DNA from: Deltaproteobacteria bacterium
GTDB lineage: Bacteria; Desulfobacterota; BSN033; UBA1163
Assembly (NCBI GenBank): GCA_016874935.1
Contig: VGSS01000002.1
Span: forward strand, 1 to 58,450
Direction: 5' to 3'
DNA length: 58,450 nt
Below are positions 1 through 8,758 of the stretch, piece by piece. Positions within the stretch are counted from its first letter, which is position 1. Each line of letters begins with the position of its first letter. A model generated the notes under the pieces. The model was not told the DNA's origin. It searched no databases and saw only the letters and a list, made by a program, of their open reading frames with translations. The position numbers were made by a program, and so were the translations under genes.

Positions 1-1
1 C

Positions 2-814
2 AATCCGGATATCGATGCAAAAACACATCCCTATATCACCACAGGGATGAAGCAAAATAAATTTGGGATCGACATTCTCAGGGCGCCCATGGCCTACCGT
101 CTTTCCTCCGAATTGCCGAACCTGAAGATTATGGGAATTGACTGTCACCTGGGTTCCCAACTGGTGGAGGTGGACCCCTTTGTGGAGGCACTGAAGAGGC
201 TGAAGAGCCTGGTTGATCAGTTAAGAATGGAAGGGATGGAGATTCGCTACCTCGACTTGGGGGGCGGGTTGGGCATCACCTACAACGATGAAGAACCTCC
301 TCATCCCTATGAATACGCCTCTAACATCCTTGAGGAGATTCGAAGTTTCAATTGCACCCTCATCCTGGAACCGGGCAGGGTGATCGTTGGAAATGCCGGC
401 ATTCTGGTCTCGAAAGTGCTTTATACAAAGGAGAATGAGGAGAAACGCTTTCTCATTGTGGATGCGGCGATGAACGATCTGGTTCGTCCCAGTTATTATG
501 GTTCCTTTCATCAAATCCTTCCGGTAAGAGAAGAAAAAAGGGAGGAGGTTGTTGTCGATGTGGTAGGCCCAGTTTGCGAGTCAGCGGACTTTTTGGCCAA
601 GGAGCGAAAGATCCCGAAGCTGAATCCGGGCGAATTGATCGCCGTGATGAGCGCAGGTGCCTATGGATTTTCCATGGCAACCAACTATAACTCCAGACCC
701 CGTGTGGCAGAAGTGATGGTCAGGGATGACGAGATCCATGTGATCCGAAAAAGAGAAGAGTATGAGGATCTGATACGGGGGGAAACTATTCCAGATTTTC
801 TGACTCAGTCGTAA
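2..814 (+). CDS. lysA: Diaminopimelate decarboxylase, C-terminal ~270 aa (5' end lies outside the window)
   Basis: ORF 47..814 stays open in the same frame back to base 2 (NPDIDAKTHPYITTGMKQNKFGI). Group IV PLP-decarboxylase motifs are present (GIDCHLGSQ, YLDLGGGLGI, EPGR, GPVCESADF). It is followed by dapF and dapB. Confidence 0.9.
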   Translation, partial: NPDIDAKTHPYITTGMKQNKFGIDILRAPMAYRLSSELPNLKIMGIDCHLGSQLVEVDPFVEALKRLKSLVDQLRMEGMEIRYLDLGGGLGITYNDEEPPHPYEYASNILEEIRSFNCTLILEPGRVIVGNAGILVSKVLYTKENEEKRFLIVDAAMNDLVRPSYYGSFHQILPVREEKREEVVVDVVGPVCESADFLAKERKIPKLNPGELIAVMSAGAYGFSMATNYNSRPRVAEVMVRDDEIHVIRKREEYEDLIRGETIPDFLTQS

Positions 815-835
815 TCATTGGGTTATAGATAATTT

Positions 836-906
836 CAAATGCCAAAGTTCAAATATCAAATCAAGCTCAAGTTTCAAAGTTAAGATAATTTGAGATTTGG
901 CATTTG
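836..906. repeat. AT-rich imperfect hairpin built from CAAAT/ATTTG pentamers in the lysA-dapF spacer
   Basis: Left arm CAAATGCCAAAGTTCAAAT (836..854) pairs with right arm ATTTGAGATTTGGCATTTG (888..906), leaving a 33-nt loop. Further ATTTG repeats run to ~940. Confidence 0.5.
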
Positions 907-962
907 TCATTCATTTGAAATTTGACATTTGGTATTTGGACTTGTTGTTAGCCGGAGGCGTA

Positions 963-1784
963 ATGAAGATTCCTTTCATGAAGATGAGTGGGAGTGGAAA
1001 TGACTTCATCCTCATCGACCATCGGAAGTCCCTTATTGAGCCTGATCGCATGAAGGAGTTTGCCCGGAAGGTCTGCCAGAGAAGGGTCTCTGTGGGAGCG
1101 GATGGGCTCATCTTCATTGAACCTTCAGAGAAAGCTGACTTCAAATGGCAGTTCTTCAACGCGGATGGGAGCGTGGCAGAGATGTGCGGCAACGGAGGAC
1201 GGTGTGCTGCCCGGTTCGCTCATTTAAAAGAGATCACTGGTCCTTCATTGACCTTTGAGACTCTGGCCGGAATTCTCTCTGCTCAGGTAGACGGGAAGAG
1301 GGTTAAGCTGGAGATGACCAAACCCCATAGCCTCAAACTCGACGAATCCCTTCTTATGGATGGGAAAAAGGAGACGCTCTCGAGCATCAACACCGGTGTT
1401 CCTCATGCCGTGACGTTTGTGGAAGACATCGAAACCGTGGACGTGGTTGGCTTAGGAAGATTAATTCGAAACCATCCCCATTTTGCACCGGCAGGCACCA
1501 ATGCAAACTTTGTACGGCTGGAGAAGAATTCTCGATTATCGGTGCGGACCTATGAGCGGGGTGTGGAGGATGAGACGTTAGCCTGCGGCACAGGGACAGT
1601 GGCTTCTGCTTTAATCTCTGCCTTTAAGGGATGGGTGAAATCCCCGGTGTCTGTTAAAACCGCAGGGGGTGAAGTCCTGACGGTTCATTTTGAGGTCGAG
1701 GGGGAAGAGGTCAAAAGGGTATTTTTTGAGGGGGATGTCCACATCATTTATGAAGCCGAGATGTGGGAGGAGGCTTACGAATGA
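963..1784 (+). CDS. dapF: Diaminopimelate epimerase
   Basis: Motifs KMSGSGNDFILID, MCGNGGRCAARF and LACGTGTVAS include the two catalytic Cys. The start was moved to ATG 963 (MKIPFMKMSG) because the 22-codon upstream extension runs through the AT-rich repeat. Confidence 0.88.
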   Translation: MKIPFMKMSGSGNDFILIDHRKSLIEPDRMKEFARKVCQRRVSVGADGLIFIEPSEKADFKWQFFNADGSVAEMCGNGGRCAARFAHLKEITGPSLTFETLAGILSAQVDGKRVKLEMTKPHSLKLDESLLMDGKKETLSSINTGVPHAVTFVEDIETVDVVGLGRLIRNHPHFAPAGTNANFVRLEKNSRLSVRTYERGVEDETLACGTGTVASALISAFKGWVKSPVSVKTAGGEVLTVHFEVEGEEVKRVFFEGDVHIIYEAEMWEEAYE

Positions 1785-2590
1785 AAGAAGGGTTAAAGGC
1801 AATTGTTGTTGGCGCGGCCGGCAAAATGGGGAACCGGATTATCCACATCATCAGGGAGACTCCATCGATTGAGCTTGCGCAAGCGATTGAGAGAGCAGAT
1901 CATCCCTCTCTTGGTATGGACATTGGAGAGGTGATTGGCCTGGGAAAGCTCGGCATCTCCCTGGAAGGAGGATTCAAAAAAGGGAATGGGGATGTGATTA
2001 TTAACTTCAGCAGCCCTGCCGCTTCCTTGGAGAGTCTGGAGTTTGCCAAGGAGAATGGTCTTGCCATTGTGATCGGGACGACAGGTTTTAATCCGGAACA
2101 GATGGAGAAGATCAAAGGACTTTCGAAGAGCACCCGTTGCGTCGTTGCTCCCAATATGAGCGTGGGAGTGAATCTCATGTTTCGAGTCGTTCAGGATATC
2201 GCAAAGGTATTGGGCCCGGAATATGATATTGAGATTCTCGAAGCCCATCATCGCCTGAAGAAGGACTCGCCCAGCGGGACAGCGGTCAAATTAGGAGAGC
2301 TCATTGCAAAGGCCATGGATAGGGATTTTGGGCAAGTGGGTGTCTACGGCCGAAAGGGGATGATCGGAGAGAGGACAAGAGAAGAGATCGGGATGCAGGT
2401 GATCCGGGCAGGAGATATCGTGGGGGAGCACACTGTCCTCTTCGGAGGGGTCGGAGAGCGATTGGAGATCATCCACCGTGCTCATAGCCGCGACAACTTC
2501 GCGAGGGGAGCCATCCGGGCCGCGCTCTGGATCGTCAACCAGCCCAATGGCCTGTATGACATGCAGGATGTGCTGGGGTTGAAGAAATAA
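1781..2590 (+). CDS. dapB: 4-hydroxy-tetrahydrodipicolinate reductase
   Basis: Motifs VVGAAGKMGNRII (NAD(P) binding) and EAHHRLKKDSPSGTA. ATG 1781 overlaps the dapF stop (ATGA), indicating translational coupling. Confidence 0.9.
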   Translation: MKEGLKAIVVGAAGKMGNRIIHIIRETPSIELAQAIERADHPSLGMDIGEVIGLGKLGISLEGGFKKGNGDVIINFSSPAASLESLEFAKENGLAIVIGTTGFNPEQMEKIKGLSKSTRCVVAPNMSVGVNLMFRVVQDIAKVLGPEYDIEILEAHHRLKKDSPSGTAVKLGELIAKAMDRDFGQVGVYGRKGMIGERTREEIGMQVIRAGDIVGEHTVLFGGVGERLEIIHRAHSRDNFARGAIRAALWIVNQPNGLYDMQDVLGLKK

Positions 2591-2688
2591 GATCATGATA
2601 GATGTTTGATTTCGTTTGAGATACATATAATGAGACAAAAGGAAACACAAATTGATTTCAAGGAGTATCTCCTTGACTCCAGTATCCC

Positions 2689-3591
2689 CTATATCTTGTG
2701 GTGCGACTTTTTTCTCCCTCGCACTTGTTTGACGATATCTTTGTACGCCACCGGCTCAACTTGTACGGCTTGCTGTACCAGCCGGTAGAAGAGCTTACCA
2801 CGAGAACGCGAGGTACGACGGTTGAACCGGAAAGTAAATTCATCGAGGTAGTAGTCCAGATGTTCATGACTTACCCATCCTTGATGGGTGGCTACCAACC
2901 ACCTTTTCAGGAGAGATACAATTTTGTGAACCCTTGGCAAAAACTCGGAAGCCAATCGCTTCTGCCCGCGAAGAAGGCCGACTTCATGAATGTACCCTTT
3001 GGTTTCAATATCGGTGTACCCGTTCCATCCATCTGTATGCACGACACTACCGGGTTCGATGGCGACCAGCACAAAGGGCTGCAAACTCGCCGCTGTAGCA
3101 TCCGGAACTCGGGCCATGCGTATCCTACCGATTCCTTTACCATCTTCCTCCGCCGCAACCACAATTACCGTCTTGGGACCCAAATACCGACCGCGAAATC
3201 TTTCTTCAGAAGTACCCCAATAACAATCATCCACCTCTACACGCCCACTCAGTCTATCTCGTCCCGGCCGAACCATCGCCCGACGCAATTTGTGCAACCA
3301 TGTCCATGCTGTCTCGTAGTTGCCAAATCTCAGAATCCGCTGAACCCCCAGGACACTGGCACCTGTCTTCTGGCTGGTCACCAGCCAGATCCCACGAAAC
3401 TACAACCCAAGCGGCTTGTTCGTGTCCTGGAAAATCGTCCCTGCGGTAATGGGTGTTTGAAATCCGCATACACCACAGGCTATCAGACCGCGCTTCGTAA
3501 GCCACCCCCTCTTATCGGCACATCGTGGGCAAGTAAAACCATAAGAATAGGTTCTAAATTTACAAGCACACGCAGTTACTCTTTTTCCCAA
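2689..3591 (-). pseudogene. IS1595-family (ISXO2-like) transposase remnant, with an in-frame TAG and a truncated 5' end
   Basis: ORF 3400..3591 carries the N-terminal Zn-ribbon (FTCPRC...CGVCG). ORF 2689..3381 carries the ISXO2-like DDE domain (DDCYWG, HTDGWNGY, LDYYLDEFTFRFNRR). The two are in the same frame, separated only by TAG at 3400..3402, reading KPLGL*FRGIWLVTSQ. The N-terminus looks short and no terminal inverted repeats were found. Confidence 0.8.
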
Positions 3592-3611
3592 GCCTATGGA
3601 GGTGCATCGAG

Positions 3612-4511
3612 ATGTCTCAGGAGCTATATTGTTACTTGAACGGAAAGATTGTTAGGGAAGGGGAGGCAGCCCTCTCCCCTTTTGACAGAGGTTTCCTGTG
3701 GGGAGATGGCGTCTACGAGATCACGCCCTGTTTCAACCGCCGGCTCTACCGGTTGAAGGACCATCTGGATCGTCTTTACCGATCTTTTCGCTACGTTCGA
3801 ATCGATTTAGGAATCGGGCAGGAAGAGGTTGAGAAATTGACCCTTGACCTGCTGCAGATGAACCTCCCCCTTCTTGCTGAAGAGAGCGTCTACCGCGTCG
3901 GCCACTGGGTCACGCGGGGCATGGATACTCCGAGCATGGTGGCCCGGGCTGCAGGACCTCCGACTTTATTCATCTTTTGGCGTCCAGTGGCAGTGGAGGC
4001 TGCCGCACGAAGCCTTGCAGAAGGGGTCAAGCTCGCGATCGTTCCCACTCGAAGGGTACCCCCACAGTGTCTTGAAACACGGGCCAAAGTGACGAGCAAG
4101 TTAAACCAGATCCTGGCAGAGCTCGAAGCAGACGCTGTGGATAGCCTTTCCCTTATGTTGGATATCCATGGAAACGTGTCGGAGAATTCGATCGCGAATT
4201 TCTTCATTGTTAAAAAGGGTGTACTCTGGACACCCCCAGCCCAAAATGTCCTCGAGGGGATCACCCGGAAGGTCGTATTTGAGTTATCCTCGCGGCTGAG
4301 GATATCTGTTGAAGAGCAACATTTCAGTCTTTATGACCTGGCCCAATCCGATGAATTTTTCCTCACATCGAGCGTAACGTGTGTCACCCCGGTTCGAGAA
4401 GTTCACGGGATTCGACCTTCTTCTCCTGTACCAGGGCCTGTGACGAAACGATTGATGGCGGCCTTTGTAGATGAAACGGGTTTTGATTTTCGAAAATATC
4501 TTTCAGATTAA
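3612..4511 (+). CDS. Class IV (branched-chain/D-amino-acid) aminotransferase family protein
   Basis: N-terminus YLNGKIVREGEAALSPFDRGFLWGDGVYE is typical of fold-type IV PLP enzymes. GGAGG lies 9 nt upstream of the ATG. Confidence 0.75.
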   Translation: MSQELYCYLNGKIVREGEAALSPFDRGFLWGDGVYEITPCFNRRLYRLKDHLDRLYRSFRYVRIDLGIGQEEVEKLTLDLLQMNLPLLAEESVYRVGHWVTRGMDTPSMVARAAGPPTLFIFWRPVAVEAAARSLAEGVKLAIVPTRRVPPQCLETRAKVTSKLNQILAELEADAVDSLSLMLDIHGNVSENSIANFFIVKKGVLWTPPAQNVLEGITRKVVFELSSRLRISVEEQHFSLYDLAQSDEFFLTSSVTCVTPVREVHGIRPSSPVPGPVTKRLMAAFVDETGFDFRKYLSD

Positions 4512-4632
4512 AACAAGCCAACAGATCAAGTTGTAGGACTCCATTCTTGTTCAGGAAAGGAGCACGTAACGAAGGTCACTCCCATCATTTGAAAAATCAC
4601 CCCAAGGGTCAATGACAATTCCTGCTATCTTC

Positions 4633-5955
4633 TTAGTAGGCCCCAGGCAATCCACAGGCGATCAGATCTTTTGTTGGAAACCGGTAGAAGACTTCGAACC
4701 CATCGTCAGTGATTACCCCACAATGCTCAATCTTCACACCGTCCTTAGCCCATCTGTCTCCATGCCACGTGAAACAGGCGGCTTCTACGGCAAAAGTCAT
4801 GTTCTTCTCGAGTTTTCCAGAGGGGAAATCACCCATAAACTGGCCGCTGGCCCCGGCAACGGTCGCCCCCGGATCGCCTGAGCGGAGGCCGATTGGATGG
4901 GCCGTCGTGCCGTAGAAGTACCGGCCCGGTTCAGGCCACTTTGGTATACGCCCCCAGAGGCCCGGTGCATCTCCTTTTTTCAACCAGTTCTGCTGCACAT
5001 CTGTAGTGGTGATACCGGGCTTAAAGGACTCTGTTAGGGTCATCAAAGCTTCGTAGGCAACGTGGTATATTTCCTTCTGGAATTCAGTTGGTTTGTCTCC
5101 TACGCAGTAGGTGCGGTAGAAACAAGTGCGATAGCCCTGGAAGCTTACGCCGTTGATATCTAAAACGACCAGGTCCCCAGGTCTAACCATTCTATCTGTG
5201 GGCATATTCGGTACGCCGTAACCCGATCTTTCACCGCTGCACACCACGAAGCTGGGGCCTTCCAATTCCTCTGCCCCGGCCTTATAGCAACCGTTGGCTG
5301 CAACCCCTGCAATCTCCAACTCGGTCATGCCCGGCCGCAGAGCCTTACACACCTCCCAATGGGCACTTTCAGCAATTGCACCGGCATTCCGGAGGCAATG
5401 GATCTCGTCCTGGGTCTTGATTTTGATGGCATCAACCATACAATTGTTGCCATCTACGATTTTTATCCCTGCCCGCTTGCATGCTTCCAACATGTTTACG
5501 CTGGCGATGTCGATCCCACAAGGCATATCGAGGACATCGTGCTTCTTTAATAGGGCTTTGATCTCTTCGCAGGTTTCGTCGAAATAACGAGGCATAAATT
5601 GAGGGGTATCGGGTAGGCCCTGGCAGAGTTGGTAAACCTTGGATGTCTTCAGTACCATTTTGCCTTCAAACCATGGCATACGGGGCCGTTCCCACTGGCC
5701 ATTTAAATGATCGATCGGAACGTAGGGCAAGCCTTGGTCTTGAATCAAGAGAACAAATGTGCCAAGTCTGCGCCTGGCGTATTGGTGGAAGGAGTAGTAG
5801 CCGACGTAGCGATGATAATCATAGTCGTATAAAATCATCGCGCCAAGGCCGTGCTTTTTAAGGGCTGCCTGAGCTCTTGCCACTCTCTCATTCCGCATGC
5901 GCTCCGGATTGTAGGGACGATACTCGTAATCGACTGCATATTTTCCATACTGCAT
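4633..5955 (-). CDS. M24-family (creatinase/prolidase 'pita-bread' fold) hydrolase, atypical metal site
   Basis: The C-terminal M24 pattern is GDLVVLDINGVSFQGYRTCFYRT ... TAHPIGL ... FAVEAA ... VKIEH. By eye, Cys occupies the position of the second canonical Asp ligand. Length is 440 aa. Confidence 0.7.
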   Translation of the reverse strand: MQYGKYAVDYEYRPYNPERMRNERVARAQAALKKHGLGAMILYDYDYHRYVGYYSFHQYARRRLGTFVLLIQDQGLPYVPIDHLNGQWERPRMPWFEGKMVLKTSKVYQLCQGLPDTPQFMPRYFDETCEEIKALLKKHDVLDMPCGIDIASVNMLEACKRAGIKIVDGNNCMVDAIKIKTQDEIHCLRNAGAIAESAHWEVCKALRPGMTELEIAGVAANGCYKAGAEELEGPSFVVCSGERSGYGVPNMPTDRMVRPGDLVVLDINGVSFQGYRTCFYRTYCVGDKPTEFQKEIYHVAYEALMTLTESFKPGITTTDVQQNWLKKGDAPGLWGRIPKWPEPGRYFYGTTAHPIGLRSGDPGATVAGASGQFMGDFPSGKLEKNMTFAVEAACFTWHGDRWAKDGVKIEHCGVITDDGFEVFYRFPTKDLIACGLPGAY

Positions 5956-6175
5956 AGGTTTATTCCTCCCTTCGTTGAGTTGTTTTTCCTAGCCCCATGT
6001 TGGTTAACTGAAGTTAACCTCTATTCTTTTGACAGTACGACCATTCTAATTCCAATGCTAAGTCATTGATTTGCATACAGTCTTGGCTGGGGCGCCAAAA
6101 TAGTCTTGGCTCTTGGCCGATATGCGGCTTATGATAAGAGGGATATGCTGGGCTTTAAGAAATACAGACCAATTG

Positions 6176-8746
6176 CTAATCCAAGGCTTCTCCTACCAGC
6201 TCAGTCAGATCCAAGACTTTTATCCTCCCCTTCTTCTCTTTACGAAGTCTTGCAGAAGCCTGCTGAAGGCTGGATTTGCAAGAGGGACAAGCGGAGACAA
6301 TGATTTCTGCACCGAGTTCAATGGCATCCAGCGCCCGACGATAGGCAATTTGTCCCGAGAGATTGTTATTATATGCTTTGAGCCCTCCTCCTCCTCCGCA
6401 ACATTTTGATAGGTTTCGGTTTTCCTTAAACTCAAGGAGCTCGACCCCTGGAATTGCTTGTAAGATTTTTCTTGGAGGTTCATAGATATTCATGTGCCTT
6501 CCGAGATCACAGGGGTCGTGGTAAACGACTTTCATGGAGTAGGGTTCCCGGAATTTCAGCTTTTCCTCTGTGATCAACTTCTCAAAATACTCAACAATGT
6601 GGAGGACTTCTAAATCAATTTGAGCGTGCTTCGGGTATAAGTCTTTAAAGGTTTTATAACAACCTGCACACGTGGTGATCATCCTTTTCGCTTTTAACCT
6701 GGACAGTCGCTCAACGTTACTTGAAATCAAGTCTTTAAATTGCTCCGACCCGATCAAATAAGCAAGATATCCACAGCAGTGTTCTTCGTTTCCCATAGTG
6801 GCGTAATCAATTCCTGCTCGAGCAAGAATCCTCATCGTATTTGGGACAATCTGTACATCCTGGTAACTTGTAACACATCCAAAAAAGAGTAGGTTTTCTG
6901 AGGCCTTATACCGATAGGTAGAGGGATAGACATCGGTTCTCTTCTCCTTGGGCTCCTGTAAGGGATTTCCCATCACCACCATGCTCTCCAGAAGTGCCTG
7001 ATGGATTTCTGGTAAATATCCTTCCACGGCTATCCTTTTCCGGGCTGATTCCACGATATCCGCAACACGGACTCCAGCCGGGCAGGCCACTTTACAGTTC
7101 ATGCACAGGGTGCATTCGTAAAACTTCTCTGCCAATTCTTTGGACGGGTTGATTCTTCCAGTCAGTAGATTATAGGCGAGGATAACTCTTCCCCTCGCAT
7201 TCTTCGATTCGATCAACGTCTCTTTGTAGACGGGGCACCCCGCCCTGCAGAAACCGCACATCAGGCAAGCCATAATTTCATTGTCGATCTCTTTGCCGAA
7301 ACTTATCACTCTGTCTAGGTTCTGGACAAGGTCCGCATAGGCCGAATGGTCTAGCACATCCATAATATTTCCGTCAAAACCCATCTTCCCCGGATTCAAG
7401 ATGTTATTCGGGTCCAAAGAATTCTTGATCGTTTTCATGACTTCATGGCTGCGGCCCAATTCCTGATGAATAAAGGAGGCCTTTGCGATCCCGAGCCCAT
7501 GTTCCGCACTCAGCGTTCCTTTGTGTTTGAGAGCAAGATCGATGAATTCCTTTCCGATCTCTTTTAGTTCCGCCCACTCTTCCTTCTTCATCGGATCCAT
7601 GATGACACAGGCATGGAGGTTTCCGTCTCCCACGTGGCCAAAAGTGGCTATCGGGAGGGGATGCTTTCTGGCGACTTTCTGGATTTCTTTAATAGTATCA
7701 GGAATCATCGACAAAGGGACTCCGAAATCTTCCAACATCGGCATATATCGGGATCCCCTCTGGTGCATGGAGAGGGCTGCTACGATTCCCTGTCGTCCTT
7801 TCCAGATCAGAACTTTCTTGGAGGGATCGTCATCCCAATTTGCATGGATCATTCCATGTTTCTTGCAAATTTCATTAACCCGTTCAATCTGTTCTTTTAC
7901 GACCTTTTGATGTCCATCTATCTCCAAAAAGAGCAAGCAACCCACAATATCAGAAATTCCAAGCCCCATTGCCTTGTTCACTACATCGATGGATACTTTG
8001 TCAAAGATCTCACAGGATGAAAGACCTAGGCCGGAAGTGAGAATTTCGGTAGCCGCCTCCCCTCCGTCCTCAATATGTTTAAAGCTGACTTGGGCAAAGG
8101 CGACATATTCTGGGGATGGCAGGATCTTTAAGGTGGCTTCAGTAATAATTCCGAGCGTTCCCTCTGCTCCGCATAAAAGATGCGTTAAGTCATATCCTGT
8201 TGAAAATTTTGGAGCCAGCGATCCAGTTCGAATCACCTCTCCGCTAGGCAGCACCACCTCAAGTGCTTTGAGATAATCTTTGGTCGTTCCGTATTTGATC
8301 GCCCGGTTTCCGCTGGCATTGGTAGAGATCATTCCCCCAATCGAACAGAGCGAAGCACTCGCAGGGTCAGGAGGGAAGAAGTGATTCGGGAGGAGTTGAT
8401 TGTTGAGTTCTTGACAGATTACGCCTGGTTCAACGATGGCATAATGATCTTTCCTGTTTATTTCTTTGATGCGATTCATTCGGCTGAGATCCAGAACGAT
8501 GCCTCCGAGACATGGAAGCACCGCTCCAGTCAAGCTGGTTCCCGAACCCCTGGGGACAACAGAAAACCTCTCTTGGTTGGCAAGGGTAAGGATTTTTCGG
8601 ACCTCTTCCGTGTCACAGGCTAAAACGACAGCATCGGGGACCCCTTCGTGAAGAGACATATCCCTGGAATAGCAGACCCGATCAACCTGGTCCAAGTAGA
8701 TATTGTTTTTCCCGACGATCTTTCCAAGGGCTTCGAGATAATCCAT
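6176..8746 (-). CDS. Fused FAD-linked oxidase (GlcD-like) and Fe-S/CCG-domain (GlcF-like) oxidoreductase
   Basis: The N-terminus has an FAD_binding_4 pattern (VVPRGSGTSLTG). The middle has two ferredoxin motifs (CLMCGFCRAGCP, CTLCMNCKVACP). The C-terminus has CCG-type Cys-rich repeats (CCGGGGG). Length is 856 aa. Confidence 0.8.
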   Translation of the reverse strand: MDYLEALGKIVGKNNIYLDQVDRVCYSRDMSLHEGVPDAVVLACDTEEVRKILTLANQERFSVVPRGSGTSLTGAVLPCLGGIVLDLSRMNRIKEINRKDHYAIVEPGVICQELNNQLLPNHFFPPDPASASLCSIGGMISTNASGNRAIKYGTTKDYLKALEVVLPSGEVIRTGSLAPKFSTGYDLTHLLCGAEGTLGIITEATLKILPSPEYVAFAQVSFKHIEDGGEAATEILTSGLGLSSCEIFDKVSIDVVNKAMGLGISDIVGCLLFLEIDGHQKVVKEQIERVNEICKKHGMIHANWDDDPSKKVLIWKGRQGIVAALSMHQRGSRYMPMLEDFGVPLSMIPDTIKEIQKVARKHPLPIATFGHVGDGNLHACVIMDPMKKEEWAELKEIGKEFIDLALKHKGTLSAEHGLGIAKASFIHQELGRSHEVMKTIKNSLDPNNILNPGKMGFDGNIMDVLDHSAYADLVQNLDRVISFGKEIDNEIMACLMCGFCRAGCPVYKETLIESKNARGRVILAYNLLTGRINPSKELAEKFYECTLCMNCKVACPAGVRVADIVESARKRIAVEGYLPEIHQALLESMVVMGNPLQEPKEKRTDVYPSTYRYKASENLLFFGCVTSYQDVQIVPNTMRILARAGIDYATMGNEEHCCGYLAYLIGSEQFKDLISSNVERLSRLKAKRMITTCAGCYKTFKDLYPKHAQIDLEVLHIVEYFEKLITEEKLKFREPYSMKVVYHDPCDLGRHMNIYEPPRKILQAIPGVELLEFKENRNLSKCCGGGGGLKAYNNNLSGQIAYRRALDAIELGAEIIVSACPSCKSSLQQASARLRKEKKGRIKVLDLTELVGEALD

Positions 8747-8758
8747 GCTCGAAATCTC

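Noticed and set aside
815-962. A lysine (L-box) riboswitch might precede dapF.
   Set aside because: No conserved L-box core helices or sequences are recognisable. The spacer is a simple AT-rich pentamer palindrome.
3400-3402. The in-frame TAG in the IS1595 transposase might encode pyrrolysine, given that corrinoid methyltransferase genes are nearby.
   Set aside because: The TAG aligns with a conserved Trp (a single TGG-to-TAG change) in a 5'-truncated, IR-less element. No pylTSBCD genes or MttB/MtbB/MtmB-type genes are in the window. A pseudogene is the simpler explanation.
2698-3639. A 313-aa plus-strand ORF is longer than either transposase fragment.
   Set aside because: It lies antisense to sequence with clear IS1595 transposase homology, has no recognisable domain and is low-complexity Pro/Thr/Ser-rich. 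It is treated as a shadow ORF.
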